Assembly: GCA_008369845.1 (NCBI GenBank) | Contig: MRSU01011020.1 | Location: 1 to 32,409, forward strand | DNA: 32,409 nucleotides | Source: Trichomonas gallinae | Lineage: Eukaryota | Direction of reading: 5' to 3' | Shown here: piece after piece, positions 10,598 through 19,877 of the stretch | How the letters are laid out: each line of letters starts with the position of its first letter | Numbering within the stretch: position 1 is the stretch's first letter | Translations under genes and position numbers: made by a program | Notes under the pieces: generated by a model | What the model saw: only the letters and a program-made list of their open reading frames with translations | What the model was told of the DNA's origin: nothing | The model's database searches: none

Positions 10598-13500
10598 TTA
10601 TTTTTGGAGGGATTGTTCCCACTGTATCTTTTGCTGCTCCCAGACTCTCTTATTCTTCTCAAGCTGTTCGGTGTTATCGGCCAATGAAGTGATGAACTTT
10701 CCAAGAGCTGTGAGAAGAGGTGAAGCACAAAATCCGTAGAAGCCGACCTGCGAGCATGAAATATGCTGCGCCTTAGTTCTGTCGCACATAGGAGTGACTT
10801 CGACTCCTAACTTCATTTCCAAATCGCCTTGTTTGAAGAACTCGTCCATGAGACTTGTTGCCATTGCTGCTGCTGTGTCGAATGCTCTAGTAGTGTTAGA
10901 AAGATCTCCTGCTTTCATGATGATTTGTGCCAGCAAAAGTCTATGCTTTTCATTTCTTTTATCGAACTCTTTTGTGACTTCTTCGAAATCTTTGATATAT
11001 TGCATGTGCTTCTCCATGTCTGTCGCCAAAATGATTTTAATAAAGAACTCATAGAAGTGACACTTTTCAGCATATGATTCAATTCCTTCTAAAACATCAT
11101 GCTCAGGTTCCGCAAGCAATCTTATCGCTGTTGAGCAGTGATGCATTTCCATAACAGGCTTGTCTTCATAGAGGATGCCTAATGGTGTCCTAGCTTTCTT
11201 GTGGAATGCGTTATTTAAGCCGTGATGGTCGACATCGTGACAAATTGCAGCCAAAAGCAAAGCAAATATTTCCAAGTCATTCAAGAATTTTCTGAGATGA
11301 CCTCTGACTATGCAGCTGTAAGCAAACTGCAGAACATCGCAAGCATGAGTCCAGTTGTGATAAGGTGTCTCATTATAACATGATCTGAGCGAACAAATAA
11401 ATTGCGTTAGTTTCTGGAAAGGAACTTGAAGTTTTCTAATGACACCTTGTGAAACGAATAATTTCAGAATCATAATCATTCTGTCATCTTCATTATATGA
11501 TAGAATATTGAACAATCTATCGCTATATTCTTCAATGTCTGAGCGTGTTGGCGCAGAAGCTCTAGACATGTATGACGTTCTTTCTTCAGTCGTCACACCT
11601 CCACCAGAATTAGAGCTCTTCGCTTCATTTATATTCTTCGTGATGTCAACTGATTGTGCAATAATATATCTTGACTCATAGACGCAGTGTTCGTCTAGTG
11701 AGGAGAATGGGTTTTCGCCTGTGAGTATAATAACCAAGTCCTCAGAGATTTTCTCAATTAAAGCGTTTTCAGGATGCTTTCCGAGCGAATCAATCGTTGC
11801 GTTGTAGACATCGTGTGCTGTGAGATGCTCTGTGTTGACAACTGATCCATTTGTTGCAACAAATCCAACCAATCCTTGGTTGAGCTGAGCGTTTTTAGAT
11901 GCAAGGGAATATTCTGGTGCGCAGACTAATGTTAATTGTTCAGAAACATTATCAATGTGATATAAAGCAAAATCGTTCGCGTTGAGCTGCGTTGCGAGCT
12001 CATTGACAATCCTGAATGTATAATCTGCTGTTGTTGGAATCATCTTCTGGAATAGAGCATCGTAAATCTGGAATATTCTATTTGTTTTCTCCATGTTCAT
12101 CAAAATTGCTGTCATGTCACTATAATGGGAAAGGAAAAGCGAGAAATTAGAGACAATTTCAATATCTGCTTCGGAGAATCTGCCCTGTGGGTTCAGTGAG
12201 TTCTGGCACATAATAACCCATCTGCAGTCATCGACCTCACTTGAAACGCATGGAAAAGTGATGTTGGAATATGATTTATAATTTGTTTCTTCGTCGAATG
12301 ATCCGAGCAATGATCTTAACTCGCTTGCTACGCTGTATTCTAATGGTTTTTTTTCTTTGACAGCTTTCTGGACCAAAGGAGGAACATTGACAGTTTGTGC
12401 GAATGGATTTGTTGATTTAAGAATTATTTGTTGCCTGATTTTTTCATGATCAACATCCCAAATTGCAACTAAATCGCAATTAATTGCGTGAGAGATTTCT
12501 TTCGCGACTGCTTCACACACTTGATATTTCTTCTGCTGAGGATTCTTAATTGATGATATCAATGCTTTCATCGGTTTGTCGAAGTTGCCTGAATTAATCG
12601 AAGACTTCGTTGATTCGACTTCTTGTGCTGCCAAAATATTCGTGATATTCACACCGATTTGCACAGCGATCTGCTGCAAGCTGGAAACATCAACACTCGA
12701 GAACATGTTTGCGCCTCGTTTTCCATAAGCGCTCAATACAGCAATCGGCTTTTTATCGATGCCAAAAACAGGAACTGCGATGAGACTCTGACCGAGGGCA
12801 GGGATATCGAACTCTTTAGAGAAATATTCGCACTTTTCTGGTGATAATCTCGCGAAGTTGACAACTTGTAAGTTCTGTATAACATGCATTGGAACACCTG
12901 ATGTTGACTTGAAATATTTTCTTGCGAAAAACTGGGAACCGTCCGCAGCTATTTGTGGCTCGAACACATATAACATCTTCTGCTCGCTGTCGTACATGTA
13001 GAGCTCGGCTTCATTAGTTTGCACGACGTGTTGGACGACAGATAAAATCGTTGGAAGTAGTTCTTCTAATGTATTTTTGCCGAGAAGCATATTCACTCCG
13101 TGCGCGATTTCTTGACGAACCACACGGTCGTCGTTCTTCTCCATGTGCTCAACGTATGATGTGAGGAATGGGGAAATGTTATTCGACAAAATTTGTCCAA
13201 TTTCGAGATCTTCAGGTGAAAAGAAAGAACCAACTTTTGGTGTGTGAACCAAAAGGACGGAAATGACGAAATTTGATGATGAGTCGAAGATAGGAATAAG
13301 CATCGAAGCATTATCTGCAATATTGAAATAATCATCAATTTCAGGATCATATGAATTTGAATCTTTTGTTGATTGCATGACGACAGCTTTTCCAGCTTTG
13401 GCGCAGCTGCCAATGATTCCACGGCCAAGAGGAACCTGAAGAGTGAAAGAATCGTTATCAATATATGAAACCATCTGATTTTGCTGTGGCTGCAATGTAA

Positions 13501-14182
13501 AAAGTCTGCATGATCCGGCATTGAACAGTTTGCAGGCGAAATCTTCGATTGTATGAAGGAATTGTCTGTTATGTATTGATTTTCGGAGTGTTTGTACTAA
13601 TTCAGTAATTGCCGACGTTCTAAAGATCTGTGCAAATGTCGCACTTGCATATTCTACAGCTAATTTCGAAGGAATTGAATGTAAAATATTTTTCATTCTT
13701 TCAGCACCATTATCAGTTGAAGAAACGAGGTATTTCAGTGGAAATGGATTCTGTGCGAGATAGACTGGATACTGATTTTGCTCAATTTTCAATAACTGAT
13801 CAACGATGAGCCTATCTTGCTGTGCTGGCGTTGGTGTATATGTTGGAAAGTAACCATTGGTGTCTGTTGGTTCTACTGATGATAGTCTTGAGACTAAACT
13901 TGAAAGGTCAGAAATTCTTAATTTTTGTACTGAAATCATTTGCATTGAACTGGCGATTCTCTCCTCAAGAATCTGTGTCCTATAGATGAGTTCATCGCGT
14001 TCTGCAGTAAGTTTATCGATCATTGCGTTTTGGTGAGTAAAAACGTTTTTGATTGAGCGATTGACTGAGTTTGGATCAATTTGTAGCTGACTGGGCTGTA
14101 GCCTTGACAGAGGGAAGTTATTCTCCGCTGTTTTGAGCTTTCCATTCGTCCTCGATGTCGATGAACCTTTGGAAGAATTCAA
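10598..14182 (-). CDS. GAF-domain class I 3',5'-cyclic nucleotide phosphodiesterase (start uncertain: TTG 14182 or ATG 14023)
   Basis: Catalytic motifs YHNWTHACDV, AAICHDVDHHGLNN, EMHH, ILATDM, DLSN, EFFKQGD and SQVGF. Several GAF-like repeats (LGRGIIGSCAKAGK...FFSPEDLE; SLIAVPV...FSSVDV; GRFSEADIE; LNQGLVGFVATNG...FSSLDE). N-terminal coiled coil. Confidence 0.95.
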   Translation of the reverse strand: MNSSKGSSTSRTNGKLKTAENNFPLSRLQPSQLQIDPNSVNRSIKNVFTHQNAMIDKLTAERDELIYRTQILEERIASSMQMISVQKLRISDLSSLVSRLSSVEPTDTNGYFPTYTPTPAQQDRLIVDQLLKIEQNQYPVYLAQNPFPLKYLVSSTDNGAERMKNILHSIPSKLAVEYASATFAQIFRTSAITELVQTLRKSIHNRQFLHTIEDFACKLFNAGSCRLFTLQPQQNQMVSYIDNDSFTLQVPLGRGIIGSCAKAGKAVVMQSTKDSNSYDPEIDDYFNIADNASMLIPIFDSSSNFVISVLLVHTPKVGSFFSPEDLEIGQILSNNISPFLTSYVEHMEKNDDRVVRQEIAHGVNMLLGKNTLEELLPTILSVVQHVVQTNEAELYMYDSEQKMLYVFEPQIAADGSQFFARKYFKSTSGVPMHVIQNLQVVNFARLSPEKCEYFSKEFDIPALGQSLIAVPVFGIDKKPIAVLSAYGKRGANMFSSVDVSSLQQIAVQIGVNITNILAAQEVESTKSSINSGNFDKPMKALISSIKNPQQKKYQVCEAVAKEISHAINCDLVAIWDVDHEKIRQQIILKSTNPFAQTVNVPPLVQKAVKEKKPLEYSVASELRSLLGSFDEETNYKSYSNITFPCVSSEVDDCRWVIMCQNSLNPQGRFSEADIEIVSNFSLFLSHYSDMTAILMNMEKTNRIFQIYDALFQKMIPTTADYTFRIVNELATQLNANDFALYHIDNVSEQLTLVCAPEYSLASKNAQLNQGLVGFVATNGSVVNTEHLTAHDVYNATIDSLGKHPENALIEKISEDLVIILTGENPFSSLDEHCVYESRYIIAQSVDITKNINEAKSSNSGGGVTTEERTSYMSRASAPTRSDIEEYSDRLFNILSYNEDDRMIMILKLFVSQGVIRKLQVPFQKLTQFICSLRSCYNETPYHNWTHACDVLQFAYSCIVRGHLRKFLNDLEIFALLLAAICHDVDHHGLNNAFHKKARTPLGILYEDKPVMEMHHCSTAIRLLAEPEHDVLEGIESYAEKCHFYEFFIKIILATDMEKHMQYIKDFEEVTKEFDKRNEKHRLLLAQIIMKAGDLSNTTRAFDTAAAMATSLMDEFFKQGDLEMKLGVEVTPMCDRTKAQHISCSQVGFYGFCASPLLTALGKFITSLADNTEQLEKNKRVWEQQKIQWEQSLQK

Positions 14183-14919
14183 AACCCCGTAAAATAAATT
14201 AAAAAAAACGTTTTGCCAATTTTTATTTAATTTAATGAATAACCAATAATTGCGTCACAAAAACATGATTTTTTTTTATTACAATTGATTATATTTTACA
14301 TGGCAGATTTCCAAAATTCGTTTAATTCTATTTTTACTATAATATAAAATATTCTTTTTATATACATGTTTTTTCACTAAATAATGTGATTTTGATTTTA
14401 TTGTTTACATGACAAATGTATAACAAATTTATTCAAATTTTCTTCTGAAAAAAAAAATTTACGAAGCAAAAATTTATTGAAAATTATTTCAATCTAAAAC
14501 CTAATTTTATTAACTATCATCAGACATAGAATATTAATTTTGGAAAATAATTACTGTATAATTTTCAATCTACATGTCAGGAATTGAGCACTTCTTACAC
14601 TCTCTGTTTTCTTGTTGATAACAATACTTTACTTATTATAATTTCATTTTCTATTCATTTAAAGTCATTTAATCATGATTCAATTATTGATATTTTTAAT
14701 TAAATGGTATAGTACAATTTTGACACAATAAATTCATTACTTACCAAAAGTATATGATAATCAATAATTGATGGTCGTATTTATACATATATTTTTTTAG
14801 ATTAATTTTAAAAATTAAAATATGAGCTTTTTAATATAATGGATGATCTGTATAGAAAACAAAATTTAATATTTCAACTTTACAAATATATATAAAAACA
14901 TAAACAAAAATAAATAAAT

Positions 14920-16458
14920 CTATAGCGTTAAATATGTATAAATTTCATTGGTACGCCAGAATTTAAGGAGATTAGTGAACATCCTCTGCAAAGCAACTCT
15001 CGGCGGGAAAGTATTAACTTCAGCGAGTGATAAAGGATCAGGAATATTAGATAGCATTGTTCCAAACGATATTTGGAAGTTCTTTTCGTTCATTAATGTC
15101 TTTGACTTATATACAAGGAATTCCTGAAGCATTCCAATGAAATACATTAATGTATCATGATGTTCTGCGGACAACGAGTTAGCACAAGCTATGCTTACGT
15201 GAGATGGAGCATTAGGGATCATTTTTAGGATCATATCAGGCGGAATTACCGATTCTCGCAAATGCGAAAAGAAATAAGTAACCATTGAAGATACAGTGTC
15301 AATGCATGTTGAATTTATTTCCCATTCGCCAGCATTGATCTTCTTTGCCATGGCGAGTTGCTCCGTTTTACTTCCAGCTAATCTGAAAATTCCTTGGTGC
15401 TGAAAAGCATTCATGTCTCTAAGTCTTATTACTATCTTTTTAAGGATCTGAGGGACATTATCCGGATGCTCAATGCCTCTAAGATGCTCTTTCCACAGAA
15501 CTTCGGATATCGAAAATCCAAACAAAGCTGTTTGAGATGTGCAAAGACTCATATATTCGATCAATGTGGTCTCATCATCCTGGCGGACAGGAACTCTTGA
15601 CGAAAATCGCAACAAACAAATCGATGCTAAATCTTTTAATTCCATATCAACACCTTCTGATATTGCAACGAGGAAGCAAAAGCTCCTAATTAGCAATCTG
15701 ATTGTTTCTGATACCAAAAACTTTGATCCTACGAATAATAGTAAATTCCATGCATTGATTGTATTATTTGTTACTTCTGTTGTATTTAATTCTGTTAGCA
15801 ATTGCACGCATGCTTCATCAGCAAGATTATCTTCATTTCCATCGATTAATTTTGTGAAATCTAATAAACTTGAATCACTAGCTGAATTTATGTAGTTGTA
15901 AATGTATTTAAATAGCGACTGACTGATACTCTTTGATGTTGCTGCACGTGTTTTAAGAATAGGACCACTTAACGATTTTTTGCCCGGCTTTATTACTTTT
16001 TCGAAAGGCAATTCTTGCTTAGATAAAGTTCCTGTGTATTGTTTCGAAATATTATTTTGTAGATATTTGATTATAGCTGTTTTGCTCATTAATACGAATA
16101 AATCATCTGGAAAATATGGAATATCCATCAAAATTTCCGGTTTTTGTGTCTGTAGAGAAAATATGTCGGGTGAATTATTCTCGAATGCAACGGAAGGAAG
16201 TAAATTGGCTGTTTTAATTGTTCTTAATGAACCAAATCTTGAAATTTGATGTTCATTTGTAGATTCAATCTCTGTATTTTGATTATCTAGAGTTGCTGGT
16301 GCTGGTGGAAAGCAAAAGAAACCATCAGGTGGATCATAAATAATTGCATCAGCAGGTGGATCCCATGCGACAATCTCGCCATTCTTTCTAACATAGAATG
16401 GACGCGGTGTTGCACATGACCACACTTCATACCAAATATTGTTATTTTTCTCACTCAT
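14920..16458 (-). CDS. WW-MyTH4-RhoGAP protein (ARHGAP39/Vilse-like architecture)
   Basis: WW-like N-terminus WYEVW....RPFYV......AWDPP. MyTH4-like LADEACVQLLTEL...AWNLLLFV. RhoGAP LFGFSI..VPQIL..QGIFRLAG (arginine finger present)..TLMNEKNFQISFG. Confidence 0.9.
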   Translation of the reverse strand: MSEKNNNIWYEVWSCATPRPFYVRKNGEIVAWDPPADAIIYDPPDGFFCFPPAPATLDNQNTEIESTNEHQISRFGSLRTIKTANLLPSVAFENNSPDIFSLQTQKPEILMDIPYFPDDLFVLMSKTAIIKYLQNNISKQYTGTLSKQELPFEKVIKPGKKSLSGPILKTRAATSKSISQSLFKYIYNYINSASDSSLLDFTKLIDGNEDNLADEACVQLLTELNTTEVTNNTINAWNLLLFVGSKFLVSETIRLLIRSFCFLVAISEGVDMELKDLASICLLRFSSRVPVRQDDETTLIEYMSLCTSQTALFGFSISEVLWKEHLRGIEHPDNVPQILKKIVIRLRDMNAFQHQGIFRLAGSKTEQLAMAKKINAGEWEINSTCIDTVSSMVTYFFSHLRESVIPPDMILKMIPNAPSHVSIACANSLSAEHHDTLMYFIGMLQEFLVYKSKTLMNEKNFQISFGTMLSNIPDPLSLAEVNTFPPRVALQRMFTNLLKFWRTNEIYTYLTL

Positions 16459-16676
16459 TTATAAAAAAAATTAAACAGGCGAAATAAGGTTATATTTAAT
16501 GATTTTTTACTTTTTATTATTTTCTATTTTTGTATGTAATTATAATTATAATATCAAAATTCTAGGGTATAACACAGGATGGTATTCTTCCCTTGGTACC
16601 TGTCTATGGAATAAATTTGATTTTTATGATATCTAGCAGTTTTATATCATTAATATGCTCAAGAATTAGAAAATCG

Positions 16677-16681
<5 letters not shown>

Positions 16682-16709
<28 letters not shown>

Positions 16710-16910
16710 GTATGAACTGTTTTGTGTCCAATTTAATTATAATGCAAAAATCATTACTAAACAATGGACAGTTGTGTACAAGATTATGGCCGAAATTCAA
16801 TATTTGATATATGACAGCCGTTATACAATAATTCAAAACGATAACTCTGTTAATGATAAATTTTCTAAATCGTTTTATTTTTTTTTTTTTTTTTTTTGTT
16901 GTTGTTGTTG
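16682..16910. repeat. two long poly(T) tracts plus (GTT)4
   Basis: T28 at 16682-16709, T20 at 16878-16897, then GTTGTTGTTGTTG at 16898-16910. Confidence 0.9.
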
Positions 16911-17058
16911 AAAGTGTTATTATTGAGATATTATTCCATGTTACATTAATCCATTTGATTAATTTGGATAGATTCATTTTATGTTTCCTTTAATCTCTAT
17001 GGAAAAATAATTAAAAATAAAGAAAAGAAAAATAAGTTGATTATAAGACGTTCTATTT

Positions 17059-17955
17059 TCATACCATAGTAATTGAGAGCTCTAATTCATCATTTATTTG
17101 TTTTGTTTGCTCACTACCTAAATCTTGTGAAAGAATCCAAACTATGAATAATAATGGCAAAAAGTCACCAAAACTATAAAATATCCTTAAAGCATTCTCT
17201 AAATATCGGTTCCGACTTGGATTTTTTTGTACCCAAACTACAAATAACCAGGATGATGTTATGTTATAACATATTTCTTGGATAAAAATGATTAATGGAT
17301 AGATAAATATTGCAATCACCATTAATTTCCTAAGTTTGGTTGGAAGAAATATTTTGATATTCGAGAATATAAATGTCATTGCTAATGTGATGAAAGAAAA
17401 ACAAATGAGAACAAGTTCGAAATAATGCAATACATATTCATAAATTGATAATATAGTTGAATATGAGGGGTATTTTTGAATAAAATCAGTATAAACAGTA
17501 AAAAATCTAATAACAATTAAAGCATAGAAAAAATATCGAATGCATTCGGCAATAAAATTCATAATTTTTGTTCCAGGAATCTCAAAATGAATTAATACAT
17601 TAATGATACTTTTGAAGTAGTAAATTTGGGATAAAAAGATAATTTCTTTAGCATAACTGAATAATTTCGTGTACATATTTGTGTCACCAGCATGATATTT
17701 TTTAAGAAATATAATATTATAAAATAACGAATTCATATTTGTGAAAGCTAATACAAAACTAAAGAAAATTCCTGGTATAACTATCATTCGATATGTTATT
17801 TTTAATCTCCTAATTAATGAAAACCCAACATAATAGAATGGAATCATAAAAATAAAAAAAAGAATCATTGCAAGAATATCAGCTGGCTGCGATAGTGGTT
17901 TGGGAACTAAATTTTGTGCACACATATTCAGATATTTTCCAATTTGATTAGACAT
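17059..17955 (-). CDS. 7-TM membrane protein (TOM1/THH1/GPR137-like), paralogue 1
   Basis: Seven hydrophobic segments. The last, IFYSFGDFLPLLFIVWIL, resembles the (E/D).LP motif in TM7 of the TOM1/GPR137 family. Colinear with 18593-19483. Confidence 0.75.
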   Translation of the reverse strand: MSNQIGKYLNMCAQNLVPKPLSQPADILAMILFFIFMIPFYYVGFSLIRRLKITYRMIVIPGIFFSFVLAFTNMNSLFYNIIFLKKYHAGDTNMYTKLFSYAKEIIFLSQIYYFKSIINVLIHFEIPGTKIMNFIAECIRYFFYALIVIRFFTVYTDFIQKYPSYSTILSIYEYVLHYFELVLICFSFITLAMTFIFSNIKIFLPTKLRKLMVIAIFIYPLIIFIQEICYNITSSWLFVVWVQKNPSRNRYLENALRIFYSFGDFLPLLFIVWILSQDLGSEQTKQINDELELSITMV

Positions 17956-18246
17956 TTATTTAGAGACTGAAACTAAAATTATGGGTGATACCTTAGCAAA
18001 GAAAAAGTGTTATCGTTGTCAAAATTCACTTTTTGACGTCAAAAAATCGTTTTGGATTTTTTTCAATTAAAACTATAAAATGATGTGAAAGATCCACTTA
18101 TTGTTTTTTTTTATTGAAGTAAAAAAGAGTTTTGTCACTTTTACAAAACGCCGGCCATTTTAACTTGGTAAAATTTTAACAAGCAATGTTTTGGTACTAT
18201 AATCATTGCAAGTTGTCAGAAAAGTGTCAGAATCGTGACTTTTAAC

Positions 18247-18303
18247 GTGCTTGAGGGGGTTGGTCCATTGCTTCCAAACTTGAAATATAGCATTAATATC
18301 ATA
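18247..18303 (-). repeat. dispersed bipartite element, copy B
   Basis: ATGCTATAT (18293-18285), N28, CCTCAAGCA (18256-18248) on the minus strand. Confidence 0.55.
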
Positions 18304-18325
18304 TATAAATCTTATTCCCATATTT

Positions 18326-18502
18326 TCAACGATTTTTTCGCTGTAACACTTCTAAAAGATTTTGAATAATAATTGTTTTACTATTTCCTCTATTGCTAAT
18401 GTTTTCATTCTTGAATGCAAAGAATTGAACACAAGTAGCAATAACAGCAACAACGACATTGACTGGGATGACAATTCCAGCAATTGCATATCAATCGAGA
18501 AT
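18326..18502 (-). pseudogene. remnant of a type I surface protein TM anchor
   Basis: The minus frame reads ILD*YAIAGIVIPVNVVVAVIATCVQFFAFKNE, an AIAGIVI-type TM anchor with an in-frame TGA (18493-18491) and no start codon. Confidence 0.5.
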
Positions 18503-18592
18503 TTGGTTCACAGATGTATTAATAATTATAAAACGCTATGTCATCAATTATGATGATGAAATCAAAATGTACAATTGTTGCACTAGTCATTA

Positions 18593-19483
18593 TCAGTTTA
18601 ATGAGATATCTAGTTCAGTTGTTTCGATTGATTTGTCATCATTCAATTCATCTTTCGAAAGAATCCATACCATGAAGAATAATGTCAAGAAATCAGCAAA
18701 AGAGTAGAATATTCTGAAAGATTGCTTGATGTATAGGTTTCTTCTAGGATTTTTTTGTATCCAAACCTGAAATTGGTGATGAGCAAATGTTTCATAGCAC
18801 ATCTCTCCCAAAAATATTGCCAATGGATAAAGAAACATTGCAACCTTCATTAGCTTTTTCACTTTGGCAGGAAGATAATAATTTATGTGTGAAAATATGA
18901 AGGTCATAGCTAAAATTATGTAACAAAAACAAAAGATAACAAGCTCAAAGTAATGAAGAAAATCATGATAGAAATTCTCATAATCATGAAATGATGGTAT
19001 TTTCTGCTCTATATCAATAAATACAATGATTAATCTGCAAAAAATGCAAAGATATAAAGAATATCTTAAACTTTGGACAATGATATTCAAAATTTTTGTC
19101 CCTGGAACGTCAAAGCATATCAAAACATTAAGGATGCTTTTAAAATAATAAATTTGGGATAAAAAGCTAATTTCTTTTGCTGATTGAAACAATTTTGTAT
19201 AAGTGTTTGTGTTCCCCTTGTGATATTCTATATCAAAAATAATATAATAAAACAACGAATTCATGCTAACAAAGCCTAACGAAATGCCAAAGAAAATTCC
19301 TGGTATACGATCCATTCTAAGTCTTAATTTCATTCTTCTTAATAATGAAAATACAAAATAATAAAAGCAAGTAATAAATATAAAATAAGCTATTAATGTA
19401 TAAATATCAGCAGGCTGGCTCAATGGCTCTAGAACTAAATTCTGTGCAGATAGTTTCAGATATGTCCCAATTTGTTTAGACAT
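18593..19483 (-). CDS. 7-TM membrane protein (TOM1/THH1/GPR137-like), paralogue 2
   Basis: Tandem paralogue of 17059-17955, sharing AQNLV..PLSQPAD, MNSLFY, AKEI.FLSQIYYFKSI, LHYFELV, LAMTFIFS and RIFYSF.DFL. Confidence 0.75.
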   Translation of the reverse strand: MSKQIGTYLKLSAQNLVLEPLSQPADIYTLIAYFIFITCFYYFVFSLLRRMKLRLRMDRIPGIFFGISLGFVSMNSLFYYIIFDIEYHKGNTNTYTKLFQSAKEISFLSQIYYFKSILNVLICFDVPGTKILNIIVQSLRYSLYLCIFCRLIIVFIDIEQKIPSFHDYENFYHDFLHYFELVIFCFCYIILAMTFIFSHINYYLPAKVKKLMKVAMFLYPLAIFLGEMCYETFAHHQFQVWIQKNPRRNLYIKQSFRIFYSFADFLTLFFMVWILSKDELNDDKSIETTELDISLN

Positions 19484-19853
19484 TTAACTTGATAAATATT
19501 TTTATAGCGGATTCGTAAAATGTCACATGACGGCAAATGTCATTTGTCAATAAAAAATATAATTATAAATTAATCAACAAATATACATTTAAAATTGCAT
19601 ATAATATTACTGTGTTAAATTTTTTGATAAAAAAACAATTCACATAAACTACAGTAATAATGCAAAATAAATTGTGATATCATTATCATTTTGCGAAAAA
19701 TTGAGATATTATATATTAAATTTATATTTAAATTTGATTTTGAATTAAAAATTTTTATTATGCCTATGATTTTATTTTAATTCGATTATATAACAATTAA
19801 CATATTGAACATATCAGTCTAATTTTGAATTTTAAATTTTTTTTTGTATTATT

Positions 19854-19862
19854 GTCACTTTT
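19854..19862 (+). promoter_or_regulatory. initiator (Inr) GTCACTTTT
   Basis: TCAYW consensus 15 nt before ATG 19878. The same 9-mer occurs in either orientation at 9501, 18134, 24290 and 32275, all intergenic. Confidence 0.7.
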
Positions 19863-19877
19863 CTAAAAAATTTAAAA

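Noticed and set aside
16666..16977. ORFs 16666-16977(-) and 16708-16911(+)
   Set aside because: They are held open by homopolymer tracts (poly-Lys, poly-Phe) and show no protein-like features.
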